64,000 nt of DNA from Eledone cirrhosa (lineage: Eukaryota): contig OZ024752.1 of the NCBI GenBank assembly GCA_964016885.1, positions 9,300,001 to 9,364,000 on the forward strand, read 5' to 3'. Positions 1 through 10,904 of this stretch are shown here, one piece after another; the stretch's first letter is position 1; each line of letters starts with the position of its first letter. The translations under genes and the position numbers were made by a program. Below the pieces are notes generated by a model. That model did no database searches. It was not told the origin of the DNA and worked only from the letters and a program-made list of their open reading frames with translations.

Positions 1-1480
1 CAGTGTGTATGTCAGAGAGTTTGTCAGTGTGTTTGTCAGTGTGTTTGTCAGTGTGTATGTCAGTGTGTATGTCAGTGTGTTTGACAGTGTGTATGTCAGA
101 GAGTTTGTCAGTGTGTTTGACAGTGTGTATGTCAGTGTGTATGTCAGTGTGTTTGACAGTGTGTATGTCAGAGAGTTTGTCAGTGTGTTTGACAGTGTGT
201 TTGTCAGTGTGTATGTCAGTGTGTATGTCAATGTGTATGTCAGTGTGTTTGTCAGTGTGTTTGTCAGTGTGTTTGTCAGTGTGTATGTCAGTGTATGACA
301 GTGTGTATGTCAGTGTGTTTGTCAGTGTGTATGTCAATGTGTATGTCAGTGTGTTTGTCAGTGTGTATGTCAGTGTGTATGTCAATGTGTTTGTCAGTGT
401 GTTTGTCAGTGTGTATGTCAGTGTGTATGTCAGTGTGTTTGACAGTGTGTTTGACAGTGCGTATATCAGAGAGTTTGTCAGTGTGTTTGTCAGTATGTTT
501 GTCAGTGTATATGTCAGTGTGTTTGACAGTGTGTTTTTCACTGTGTATGTCAGAGAGTTTGTCAGTGTGTTTGTCAGTGTGTATGTCAGTGTGTATGTCA
601 GTGTGTTTGACAGTGTGTTTGTCAGTGTGTATGTCAGAGAGTTATTCAGTGTGTTTGTCAGTGTGTTTGTCAGTGTGTATGTCAGTCTGTTTGACAGTGT
701 GTATGTCAGAGAGTTTGTCAGTGTGTTTGACAGTGTGTATGTCAGAGAGTTTGTCAGTGTGTTTGTCAGTGTGTTTGTCAGTGTGTATGTCAGTGTGTTT
801 GTCAGTGTGTATGTCAGAGAGTTTGTCAGTGTGTATGTCAGTGTGTTTGTCAGTGTGTATGTCAGAGAGTTTGTCAGTGTGTTTGTCAGTGTGTTTGTCA
901 GTGTGTATGTCAGTGTGTATGTCAGTGTGTTTGACAGTGTGTATGTCAGAGAGTTTGTCAGTGTGTTTGACAGTGTGTATGTCAGAGAGTTTGTCAGTGT
1001 GTTTGTCAGTGTGTATGTCAGAGAGTTTGTCAGTGTGTTTGTCAGTGTGTTTGTCAGTGTGTTTGTCAGTGTGTATGTCAGTGTGTATGTCAGTGTGTTT
1101 GTCAGTGTGTATGTCAGTGTGTATGTCAGTGTGTTTGTCAGTGTGTTTGTCAGTGTGTTTGTCAGTGTGTATGTCAGTGTGTTTGTCAGTGTGTTTGTCA
1201 GTGTGTATGTCAGTGTGTATGTCAGTGTGTTTGTCAGTGTGTTTGTCAGTGTGTTTGTCAGTGTGTTTGTCAGTGTGTATGTCAGTGTGTATGTCAGTGT
1301 GTTTGTCAGTGTGTATGTCAGTGTGTATGTCAGTGTGTTTGTCAGTGTGTTTGTCAGTGTGTTTGTCAGTGTGTATGTCAGTGTGTATGTCAGTGTGTTT
1401 GTCAGTGTGTATGTCAGTGTGTATGTCAGTGTGTTTGTCAGTGTGTATGTCAGTGTGTATGTTAGTGTATTTGACAGTGT
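1..1480. repeat. 12-bp minisatellite (GTCAGTGTGTWT)n with GTCAGAGAGTTT and GACAGTGTGTAT variants; runs off the window start
   Basis: Tandem 12-mer visible directly; the overlapping long ORFs are repeat artefacts. Confidence 0.97.
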
Positions 1481-1576
1481 GTTTGCATTTTTGTATGCGT
1501 TGTGTACGAGTATGTCTATGGATGCGGATGTATGTTTCCGTATGTATATGTACGTCTTTGTGTGGACGTATATTAC

Positions 1577-2118
<542 letters not shown>

Positions 2119-2120
<2 letters not shown>

Positions 2121-2331
2121 CGAAGGAAATGTGGTAAGGAACCAGGTGGACCATAACGCACCAAAGTACTCAATACTTGGGGTAGTAGAGTGGGTAATAG
2201 GAACCAGTAAGACCGACCCCGACGGCTGAGCTCAAGCCGTTTCGACGGCTAATTCTGGATTAGCCGTCGAATTAGCCGTCGAATTAGCCGTCGAAACGGC
2301 TTGAGCTCAGCCGTCGGGGTCTTACTGGTTC

Positions 2332-2335
<4 letters not shown>
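2119..2335 (-). mobile_element. Short fold-back element (family A), probable Penelope-like pLTR remnant with the 3' half of a hammerhead (GAAAC-GGCTTGAGCTCAGCC-GTC)
   Basis: Inverted arms ~2197-2255 and ~2281-2334 around (ATTAGCCGTCGA)3; flanked by (TA)n; relatives at ~44670-44850, 47280-47460, 55416-55555 and 56205-56260. Confidence 0.6.
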
Positions 2336-2367
<32 letters not shown>

Positions 2368-2767
2368 ATATATGCCTCTATATATATGTTCCTATGTGTC
2401 AGTCGCCTATTTCGCTGCATAACTTAATCTCCATCGCACGCTATTTATTAAGATATTAAAATACTCCAGCATGTTTCTATCGATCCGAATTCGATAATAA
2501 AGTCGGACAGACACTTATAAACGACCCATCTACAAAAGTGCCGCAGCTAGGATATTAAACGCTAGTCACGTACTAGCTAAAAACTATCCAGTTCGTGGAA
2601 AATCATTAGAAATTTGCCAACAAGACCAATTCCAGTTGGTTTAGTAAGTATATAATCTATAGTTATTTCTTTCACAGAATCCCCAGAGCTGTGAGAGATA
2701 ACAGTTTAGAAGTGATGCTTCGCTATTAATGGATTTTTAATTTCCTTTAGTTCATTAGGTATTTATA

Positions 2768-2849
<82 letters not shown>
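2768..2849. repeat. (TATC)n microsatellite upstream of Tx1-like element 1
   Basis: Directly visible. Confidence 0.97.
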
Positions 2850-3080
2850 ACAGTCTATCTGTCTCTATCTGATGGACACACGCGTATAACTTGCTGAGTA
2901 AGTTCTGTTTAAATTTCTATAGAAATTCTTGTCTGATAACTTTAATTTTTGTACCATTTTGTAGAGGGACTGCCAGGTCAAACTTTGATCTGGTCAGTCT
3001 CTCAAAATATTCTACGCCTTTAGGCGAAATAGTTAAAAAAAAAGAAGTTTTTTCTTGTTGAAAAGTCAATATTTTTTTAA

Positions 3081-4862
3081 ATGGCCGAAGCTTCTTCACC
3101 AAAATTCGAAGGAGGAAAGGGGAAGATGAACTTACAGCTTGCCCCTGCCACTGTCACAGTAGCAGAGGTCAAGAAGATAGGTCAGCCAGAGGAAGAATTC
3201 TCTCCACCTGTTAACCGACAACTTGACGTTGCCATGGCAACAACCCAAAGAACCAGCAGCAACAGCAACAACAACAACAATGCGACGGACGAAAACAACA
3301 CCAATAACAATAACAACAACAAGACCAATAACGGTGACAACAACAACAATGATAACAACAACACCACCAACGACAACAACAACACAAACAAACAAAATTT
3401 CTCCTTCGCCGAGACGACAAGGAAAACCCTCGACTATCTGCCAGTAGATATAACAAAAGCGAAGGAGCTACTGGCGGACGCGAAAAAATATATAGTGTAC
3501 GGGGAAAATGGTTCATTCACAATCCATTCCCCCCCGGAACTAAAAAGCCAGAGACTCCTAAACACGGTCATGTTTAGGACAATCTCGAACAAAAGTAAAA
3601 AACCAGCTCAACCATCACAGAGCGAGATAGAGCTGGTTTTAAAAGACGTCATGAAGGACATCACCTTCATTCAGAAGGATAGACTCTACGGGAGTCTATC
3701 CATTCTCATGAAGGACAGGGACACAGCAGTGAAACTGTCCATCAAACCAATCACATCCACCGCATACACCTTCTACCCTACGTACATGGGTAGAAGAACA
3801 CAAAAAATAAAAATCCACACCATCCTGCCGATTATGGACATATGGTGGGTTTTGACAGGTTTTCTGGACCTGGAGGATGACATGCTGGTGTCCATGGGAA
3901 AGGCATCGGGTGACGCGTTCAGTGGAACGAGCCTCGAACTTGTAATTCAAATGAGGCCCGAAAGGATCGCCCAGATCCCTGAACGCGTCATACTGGATGA
4001 TCTAACCTTCATCAACATTACCGTTGAGGGTAGACGGCCCTCGTGTTACCTCTGCGGAACCAGAGGTCACCTGAGGGCTGTCTGTCCCCAACTTAATAAG
4101 AAAACCCCAATCCTGCCTACACCACCAACAACTGCACAACCAACACAATCACCACAACTACCACTACAAAAACAACCACCACAGCTCAAACCAAAACAAA
4201 ACAATGTCCAACCCATCCCCTCCACTCAAAAAACAAAAACAATTTCCAAAACACCCGTACCGCAAACACAACCCGAAAATATACCCCTCCCCTCCAACGC
4301 GGAAGATGACCCTAGTTCGTCGTCAGACGAGGAGGAGCACTTCCACACAATCAAAAGAAAAAAAAGAAAACACACCTCAGACACACAAATGAAAAAAAAC
4401 CCTCCCCAAAACATAACACTGACACCAACACAAAAGAGCTCACAACAGCAAACAAAAAACACCACACAAAAACAAAAACATGCATACACATACATAAATA
4501 CAAGAAACAAAAAACTGTTAAACATTGTGTACAACAACAATCTAATAAAAACACAAGGGCCTAACTTCACCCAGGCAGGGGATTTCCCCCACCTCAAAAT
4601 GATTAAGGCCCCACAGGACACCTATAAAACTTTAAAAAACAATTTTAAAGAGGACGTGGGTCCCCCCTGCGTCGGGCCCATTAACCGCGTCCTCCTAAAA
4701 AACTATCCCACCCCCTCCTCAAACACCCTCACAACTCCAAGCTCCCCAACCACACAACACACTGATGCCCCCACACTTCCACAAACCACCACCCCACCCA
4801 ACAACCCACCCCCCACCCTAATGGAAATTGTGCAGCCCGATACCCGGGACGCAGAGAGGTAA
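3081..4862 (+). CDS. ORF1p (Gag-like nucleic-acid-binding protein) with CCHC zinc knuckle
   Basis: CYLCGTRGHLRAVC knuckle, basic KRKKRK, Pro/Thr/Gln-rich linker; homologous to ORF1 of copies 2 and 3. Confidence 0.9.
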   Translation: MAEASSPKFEGGKGKMNLQLAPATVTVAEVKKIGQPEEEFSPPVNRQLDVAMATTQRTSSNSNNNNNATDENNTNNNNNNKTNNGDNNNNDNNNTTNDNNNTNKQNFSFAETTRKTLDYLPVDITKAKELLADAKKYIVYGENGSFTIHSPPELKSQRLLNTVMFRTISNKSKKPAQPSQSEIELVLKDVMKDITFIQKDRLYGSLSILMKDRDTAVKLSIKPITSTAYTFYPTYMGRRTQKIKIHTILPIMDIWWVLTGFLDLEDDMLVSMGKASGDAFSGTSLELVIQMRPERIAQIPERVILDDLTFINITVEGRRPSCYLCGTRGHLRAVCPQLNKKTPILPTPPTTAQPTQSPQLPLQKQPPQLKPKQNNVQPIPSTQKTKTISKTPVPQTQPENIPLPSNAEDDPSSSSDEEEHFHTIKRKKRKHTSDTQMKKNPPQNITLTPTQKSSQQQTKNTTQKQKHAYTYINTRNKKLLNIVYNNNLIKTQGPNFTQAGDFPHLKMIKAPQDTYKTLKNNFKEDVGPPCVGPINRVLLKNYPTPSSNTLTTPSSPTTQHTDAPTLPQTTTPPNNPPPTLMEIVQPDTRDAER

Positions 4863-4886
4863 GTGCCTTTTCTCTTCACCACCAAC

Positions 4887-7800
4887 ATGGCTATGCTAAG
4901 AGTAGGCTGTTTAAATGCGCGTGGCCTGGGCTCAACTTGGAAGCAAGCAATGCTTCTAAATGACCTCAGGTCACAACGTATAGATGTGATGGTTATTTGC
5001 GAGGCCCGGATCAGCAACGTGCGACAGCTGGCCCCCAGCAATGATGACTTTGAGATGCACGCATCTCTCTGTCAGCCCGGAGGTGGGGGTGGAGTTGTCG
5101 TTCTGCTGCAAAAACATCTGGGTCTCGCAACACAGATGGTACATTTGGACCCGGAGGGTCGACTAGTGGTTCTGGACCTTGGCAGTGGTAAAGGCGGAGC
5201 GTTTAGGTTGGTAGCCGCCTACGGCCCTTTCGGGTCAATGCGGCCGGACTTCTTCCATCGTCTGGAGACTTTTCTAGGGACGTCCCGCTCCTTGCTATTA
5301 GTGGGGGACTGGAATGGTATCCTAGATGCACGCTGGGACTACGTAGGGGCCTGCCCCGATAGAGAGGGGTGTAATAGCCTCAAAGGGATAATCGGTCGAT
5401 TTGACCTGGCCGATAGATATCGACTAGATTTTCCGACTGCGCCAACCTGGACTTGGGCAAATCGTAGCGGATCATCTAGGTCGTACCTAGATAGGTTCTT
5501 AGTTAGAATTAAGGATAAGGACTTTTTAAGTTGTCCAAAAATGCGCATTGTTGGCTATTCAGACCACAAATTAGTGACCTGCATGGTCAACCTTGACAGA
5601 ACTCATAGACAGGGCCCCGGTTACTGGAAGCTCAACTTATCCTTGCCGGCAAGTAGAGCCTACAGGAATCGGATTAGTACGTTAGTTAAGGAACGGTTGA
5701 CTGGAGCGATCGTCAACAGCAGGTGGTGGGTATCTCTAAAGAGAGAGATTAGAGTAGTCTCGATAGAATTTAGTAAGGTTCTAGCTGCGGATAGGAATAG
5801 GAAGGAAAGGGAGCTAATAGATAGAGTAGAAGAGGCAATTAGAAGCGGCGACGTGGCCAGAGTGCTAGCGTCGAGAACGGCTTTGAGCCAGTTTTTCGAC
5901 GCGAAGCACGAAGGCTGCGTTGTCCGAAGTAAAATACGTGCTCTAGGGAACGAGGGGACCAAAGCTGTTAGCTGGGCCCGCGTGACAGAGGCCAACAGTG
6001 GAACTAAATCCACCATCCGGTCTTTGCGAGACCTGGATGGACGGGCGATTCTTGAGCCTAAGCAGATGTGTGAGGCATTTCAAAGGCACTTTGCCCGACT
6101 GTTCGGGAGGGGCGGGGAGCCGGTTGGGAACGTGGACTTCGGTCCATACCTCGACGGCCTGCCGCGCCTCTCGGACAGGGAGGCGAAGTCCTGCGAGGAG
6201 CCGATTTCGGCCGCTGAGATAGAGGACGTGCTGAGCCAATGCGGCAAACGCAAATCCCCGGGTCTCGATGGTCTTCCTTACGAATTATATCTAGCTATGC
6301 CGGACTTGTTCCCCGATCTCCTCGAGGCGGTCTACTGCAACTGGCAACAGAACGGGAGAATTCCCTGTACTGTGACCAAGGGCGTAGTCACGCTAGTGAG
6401 GAAGGACGAGAACAAGGGGGACGAAATAAGTAACTTCAGGCCCATAACACTGCTAAATACAGAGTTACAGATTTTGGCCAAGGTGCTAGCAAAGAGGTTG
6501 GCGCTTGTCGTGGGCAACCTGGTGGGAGATGCGCAGACATGCGCTATCCCGTCCAGGTCCATCCATGACAACCTCCACCTCATGCGATACATCATAGAGA
6601 GGGTTGGGAACGAACCCGGCTTTGGTGGGGCTCTGATCAACTTGGATCAATCTAAGGCGTTCGATAGGGTCGACCATGGTTACCTGGATGCGGTGCTAGC
6701 GGCGGCAGGCTTCGGACCCGTTTTCAGGGGCTGGATCACTGCTATGCACAGCAGCCGCATCTGCTCTAGGGTCAAGGTGAACGGCTACCTCTCGGAGCCG
6801 TTCAAAATCGCGCGGTCCATCCGACAAGGGTGCCCTCTCTCCTCCCTTCTGTATGTGTTGACTCTCGAGCCACTACTGCGGAAGTTGGAGTTGTTGCAGG
6901 GCATCCCTTTGGAACCGGGATTGCGGAAAGCGGTGTCGGCCTACGCCGATGACGTGACAGTAATGGTGTCGATGGCCTCCGAAATCGAGGCGGTCGGCAC
7001 CTTACTGGAGGAGTACGAAAAGTTCACAGGGGCTAAGCTGAACCGGGACAAGTCGATCGGTTTGCAACTCGGCACGTGGAGGGGCAGACCGATGCCCTCC
7101 GATAGCGTCGTCGGACGCTGGACGGAGGGCCCGGTGAAGTTGCTCGGGGTCTGGTTCGGACCGGACCTCCAGGTGGAGAAAAACTGGGCGGAGGTTACGA
7201 ACAGGGTGTTTGCACTGACCCAGAAGTGGGCCAGTTGCAAACTATCCCTGAAAGGTCGGGCGGAGGTGGCGAACACCTACATAGCGTCCGTCATCTACTA
7301 CCGCCTGACCGTAGTGCCCTGCCCAAGGGAAACCCTCACCAAGATGGAGCGCGCGCTCTTCCAATTCCTTTGGAAGAGGCGGGCTCCTATGGTGAGGAGA
7401 TCCATCTGCTGTCAACACCCTTCGAAAGGAGGGCTGGGGATGCCGTGGCTAATGATGCGTAAACACGCATTAAGGCTACGGCACCTCTACGTATTCCTCA
7501 CCGGACAACCGGTGTGGGCCTCGTTTGTGAGACGAACCTTTCCCAGACTCGTCTCACTCACCGAGCTGCAATCCTGGGTCAAGCAAAGACCGAGAAAACT
7601 GGGCGCCTGGCACACTGAGTGTGCCCAGGCGCTCACCGCCCTCTGGCAGGCGGATCTGGTTATCAGTGGAGACTCCACCGCAACATTCTATAGAGGGCTG
7701 GTGCGCAGCAGGTGCGACGACGCCCTCGGAGAAGCCCTAGACATGGAGGAGGACGAACTGGCCAGCCTGTTCGGTAGGACATTCAGCCCGGGACCTATGG

Positions 7801-8324
7801 ACAACTTCCAGAAGTCCCTGGCCTGGCAGTGCTACCGAGGGGCTTTACCCGTTCGAGAAAGGCTCTACAGACACGGGCGCCCGGGTAGGGACCCCGCCAA
7901 AAAGATCTGTCCCAGATGCGTGTGCGACGAGGAAACCGTTGCACACGCATTAGTACACTGCTCGGGCGTAGCCGATCTGTGGGGCTATGTCGAACAACTG
8001 CTGTCAAGGGTGGGACCGATCCGGTTGACCACCGAGTCTATTGTAATGATCAAGCCGCCTCCCCCCTTCAAAGATGAAGCAGAGGCGGTGTTTCTGTGCG
8101 TAATAGCCATGGCGAAAGAGGTTGTATGGTGGACGCGTCTGAAAGGACTGAGGTCAGGCACCTTTCTCTCTGGCCAACAACTGGTCCGTTTCTTCCGATA
8201 TCATTTCGGAAGAAGGATCAGGATGGAGAGAGAGGTGCTGCACCCCAGTCGTTTTTATGAAAGATGGGTCAAAGTGGCGAGAATGGCCCGTGTGAATGGG
8301 CCTTCACTCTACATCAGACTATAG
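4887..8324 (+). CDS. ORF2p: APE endonuclease + reverse transcriptase + C-terminal Cys/His motif
   Basis: APE motifs LNARGL, GDWN, YLDRF, SDH; RT motifs KSPGLDG, FRPITLLN, LDQSKAFDRV, RQGCPLS, AYADD; CPRC..ETVAHALVHC; ATG at 4887 in CCAACATGG aligns with the starts of copies 2 and 3. Confidence 0.96.
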   Translation: MAMLRVGCLNARGLGSTWKQAMLLNDLRSQRIDVMVICEARISNVRQLAPSNDDFEMHASLCQPGGGGGVVVLLQKHLGLATQMVHLDPEGRLVVLDLGSGKGGAFRLVAAYGPFGSMRPDFFHRLETFLGTSRSLLLVGDWNGILDARWDYVGACPDREGCNSLKGIIGRFDLADRYRLDFPTAPTWTWANRSGSSRSYLDRFLVRIKDKDFLSCPKMRIVGYSDHKLVTCMVNLDRTHRQGPGYWKLNLSLPASRAYRNRISTLVKERLTGAIVNSRWWVSLKREIRVVSIEFSKVLAADRNRKERELIDRVEEAIRSGDVARVLASRTALSQFFDAKHEGCVVRSKIRALGNEGTKAVSWARVTEANSGTKSTIRSLRDLDGRAILEPKQMCEAFQRHFARLFGRGGEPVGNVDFGPYLDGLPRLSDREAKSCEEPISAAEIEDVLSQCGKRKSPGLDGLPYELYLAMPDLFPDLLEAVYCNWQQNGRIPCTVTKGVVTLVRKDENKGDEISNFRPITLLNTELQILAKVLAKRLALVVGNLVGDAQTCAIPSRSIHDNLHLMRYIIERVGNEPGFGGALINLDQSKAFDRVDHGYLDAVLAAAGFGPVFRGWITAMHSSRICSRVKVNGYLSEPFKIARSIRQGCPLSSLLYVLTLEPLLRKLELLQGIPLEPGLRKAVSAYADDVTVMVSMASEIEAVGTLLEEYEKFTGAKLNRDKSIGLQLGTWRGRPMPSDSVVGRWTEGPVKLLGVWFGPDLQVEKNWAEVTNRVFALTQKWASCKLSLKGRAEVANTYIASVIYYRLTVVPCPRETLTKMERALFQFLWKRRAPMVRRSICCQHPSKGGLGMPWLMMRKHALRLRHLYVFLTGQPVWASFVRRTFPRLVSLTELQSWVKQRPRKLGAWHTECAQALTALWQADLVISGDSTATFYRGLVRSRCDDALGEALDMEEDELASLFGRTFSPGPMDNFQKSLAWQCYRGALPVRERLYRHGRPGRDPAKKICPRCVCDEETVAHALVHCSGVADLWGYVEQLLSRVGPIRLTTESIVMIKPPPPFKDEAEAVFLCVIAMAKEVVWWTRLKGLRSGTFLSGQQLVRFFRYHFGRRIRMEREVLHPSRFYERWVKVARMARVNGPSLYIRL

Positions 8325-8587
8325 GTGAGGAAGATGAAAGACCAAGGGAGCACCCCTTCTCTGTGCTCCTGAGGAGAAGGGTTGCACACCTTTTTCGGGG
8401 GTGTGTGCGACCCCCCAAGGCGCCTCCTCTCTATTGAGGATTTTGTTAAAAATTTTATTTTTTGTTATATCTTATTTTATTTTTATATTTTGTTATTGCC
8501 TCCTCCTTATTGAGGACGCCTTTTTGTGTAAACTCCCCCCTTTGTACTTGTCCCACTTTTGATGCCCTAGTGGCAAATAAAAGAAAC

Positions 8588-8627
<40 letters not shown>

Positions 8628-8634
8628 TTGTCTG

Positions 8635-8699
<65 letters not shown>

Positions 8700-8737
8700 G
8701 TCCCCTTCTTTTGTGCCCCTGTGGCTAATAAAGAAAT
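8700..8737 (+). mobile_element. ~40-nt 3'-end stub of the Tx1-like element (copy-3 subtype) embedded in (TATC)n
   Basis: GTCCCCTTCTTTTGTGCCCCTGTGGCTAATAAAGAAA matches the copy 3 terminus (~20406-20442). Confidence 0.85.
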
Positions 8738-8990
8738 ATATCTATCTATCTATCTATCAAAATCTAGCTGTCGTCTGTTCTACAGTGTGGATGTCATTCA
8801 CTTCGCACAGAAGTTTTGTTCAAATTTATTGAGGAAATTTTGTGAGTTCAAACTTAATTTTGATACAATTGTGTAGCTTGACCCTCCGTCTGAACTGTCA
8901 GGCGGTGGGTCAGCTCATCTTTACCCCTCCTAGAGGTGAAAAACCTGTTTTAAAAAATTTTGTGTAAAAAATTTCAATCGTCTAACAGAA

Positions 8991-10871
8991 ATGTTAAACG
9001 CAGCGAACGAAAATAGTGGTGGGGGGACAGCGGTAAGAGTTGTAAGCTCGCACGCTTTAGTCCTCCCTTCCTTCCCAACTAACGTCATAGAGAAGGAAGG
9101 AAAAATGAAAATAAAAACGGACGAATCTGCGGAGGAAAAAAAATTAAATGACGAAAACAACGAAAAAAAAAAATTTGAAAAATTGCATGACAATACTAAT
9201 AACACAAACAAAGACACAACAAACAAAAAAATAACAGTTGAAAATAACATAATATCAGAAAACAAAGCAGACGACAAGATTTCTTTTGCACAGAAAACAA
9301 AGAAATCTTTGACTTATATAGCGGAAAACATTTCAGATGTGGTACGAAGGATCACGGACGCAAAACAATACATAAGTGAAGGTGAGAATGGTATTTTATT
9401 GGTAAAAATGCCTCAAGAATTCACGAAAGACATTGAAAGCCGAACGGTCAAGTTTCGGACCATCAACAACAGTACAAAAAAACCTGAACAGCCTTCTCAA
9501 GCAGATATCAAAACAGTACTCGCAGAAGTACTGAATGAAACAACTTTCATAAGAAAAGACAGACTGTATGGAAGCCTAGCAATTATCATGAAGAACGAAT
9601 CGGCGGCAAAAAAATGTGCTTTGTCACCGATTCGTTCGAAAAATTTCACCTTTTATCCATCTTATATGGGAAAAAAAACTCAACGCATATGGCTGGATGC
9701 AATGATGCCAGATGTGGACTACTGCTGGCTCATAGCTGGCTTCATCGATCCAGTGAATGACAACGTGATTTCCATTGGGAAAACCACAGGCAATGCGTTC
9801 AGTGGAACAGGTATAGAGCTGGTAGTACAAATGAAGCCTGAACGCATCGCCCAAATACCCGACAGAATCCTATTAGAGGACCACGGGTATATAAACATTA
9901 GCGTGGAGGGGAGAAGGCCGTCCTGCCATATCTGTGCAGGCAGAGGGCACCTGAAGGCCGCTTGTCCCCAACTCAACAAAAAGAAAACCCTGCTACCAAC
10001 ACCAGCTCCACCACCACCACCACAACAGATAAACAAACAACAAAACTCAGTCCCACCCAACCCGTCCCTCAGTAACACCACAACACCACCACAACACAAA
10101 CAGTCACAACACATTACCCCAAAACAAAATACAGGCCCACCCAACCTCTCACTCAATAAAACAACACAACCACCGCAGACACAACACACAACACAGTCTA
10201 ACATAGTGACATCCATCTCCCCCACAAAGAAAACCAACACGGAAACATTACCAGCAAACATACCTCTTCCCTCCAACACTGAAGATAACCCAACGAATTC
10301 GGAGGAAGAAACGGAGTCCTTCAGACAGATTAAAAGGAAAAAAAGAAAACATGTGCAAAACACACAAGGACAAACAACCCCCACCCAAATCGCAACACAA
10401 TCTAACAAAACAGAAAACACCCCTCCAGCAACAAACAAAACCAAACCTGCCCCTCCCCTCTTCGAAACACTCACACCATCGGAAAAAAAGACATTACACT
10501 ATACTTACATCAACAGAAACAATAATAAATTAAATGAACTCATATACAATAATCCTTCGGTACAAACCGAAGGTGTAAACTTTGTTTCATCAGAAAACCA
10601 CCCACATTTAAAACTAATAAAAATCCCAATGAACCTCTACCAAAAACTAAAAAAGGATTTTAAGGAGGACGTAGGACCACCCTCTGTCAAACCCATAAAC
10701 CGCGTCCTACTAAAAAGCTTTCCCCCTCCCCTTCCCCTCCCCAACACAACTCCAAACACCCCAACCCCACCACACACCGACGACCCCACACCACCACAAG
10801 ACACCCCTTCACCCAACACCCCCGACCCCATGGAAGTCGTGCAACCCGAACCCCGGGAAGCGGAAAGGTAG
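8991..10871 (+). CDS. ORF1p with CCHC zinc knuckle
   Basis: CHICAGRGHLKAAC; conserved C-terminal EDVGPP..PINRVLLK and PMEVV..REAER. Confidence 0.9.
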   Translation: MLNAANENSGGGTAVRVVSSHALVLPSFPTNVIEKEGKMKIKTDESAEEKKLNDENNEKKKFEKLHDNTNNTNKDTTNKKITVENNIISENKADDKISFAQKTKKSLTYIAENISDVVRRITDAKQYISEGENGILLVKMPQEFTKDIESRTVKFRTINNSTKKPEQPSQADIKTVLAEVLNETTFIRKDRLYGSLAIIMKNESAAKKCALSPIRSKNFTFYPSYMGKKTQRIWLDAMMPDVDYCWLIAGFIDPVNDNVISIGKTTGNAFSGTGIELVVQMKPERIAQIPDRILLEDHGYINISVEGRRPSCHICAGRGHLKAACPQLNKKKTLLPTPAPPPPPQQINKQQNSVPPNPSLSNTTTPPQHKQSQHITPKQNTGPPNLSLNKTTQPPQTQHTTQSNIVTSISPTKKTNTETLPANIPLPSNTEDNPTNSEEETESFRQIKRKKRKHVQNTQGQTTPTQIATQSNKTENTPPATNKTKPAPPLFETLTPSEKKTLHYTYINRNNNKLNELIYNNPSVQTEGVNFVSSENHPHLKLIKIPMNLYQKLKKDFKEDVGPPSVKPINRVLLKSFPPPLPLPNTTPNTPTPPHTDDPTPPQDTPSPNTPDPMEVVQPEPREAER

Positions 10872-10904
10872 GTCTCTACACTCTCCTTTGGCTCTGCCGC
10901 CCAC

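Larger units (their letters stand above)
2850..8587 (+). mobile_element. Full-length Tx1/L1-clade non-LTR retrotransposon, copy 1
   Basis: 5'UTR + ORF1 + ORF2 + 3'UTR ending GTGGCAAATAAAAGAAAC; (TATC)n on both sides. Confidence 0.93.

Noticed and set aside
4863-4886. GTG start or stop read-through for copy 1 ORF2
   Set aside because: The in-frame arrangement is not shared by copy 3's pattern of signals; the ATG at 4887 in CCAACATGG aligns with the other copies' starts
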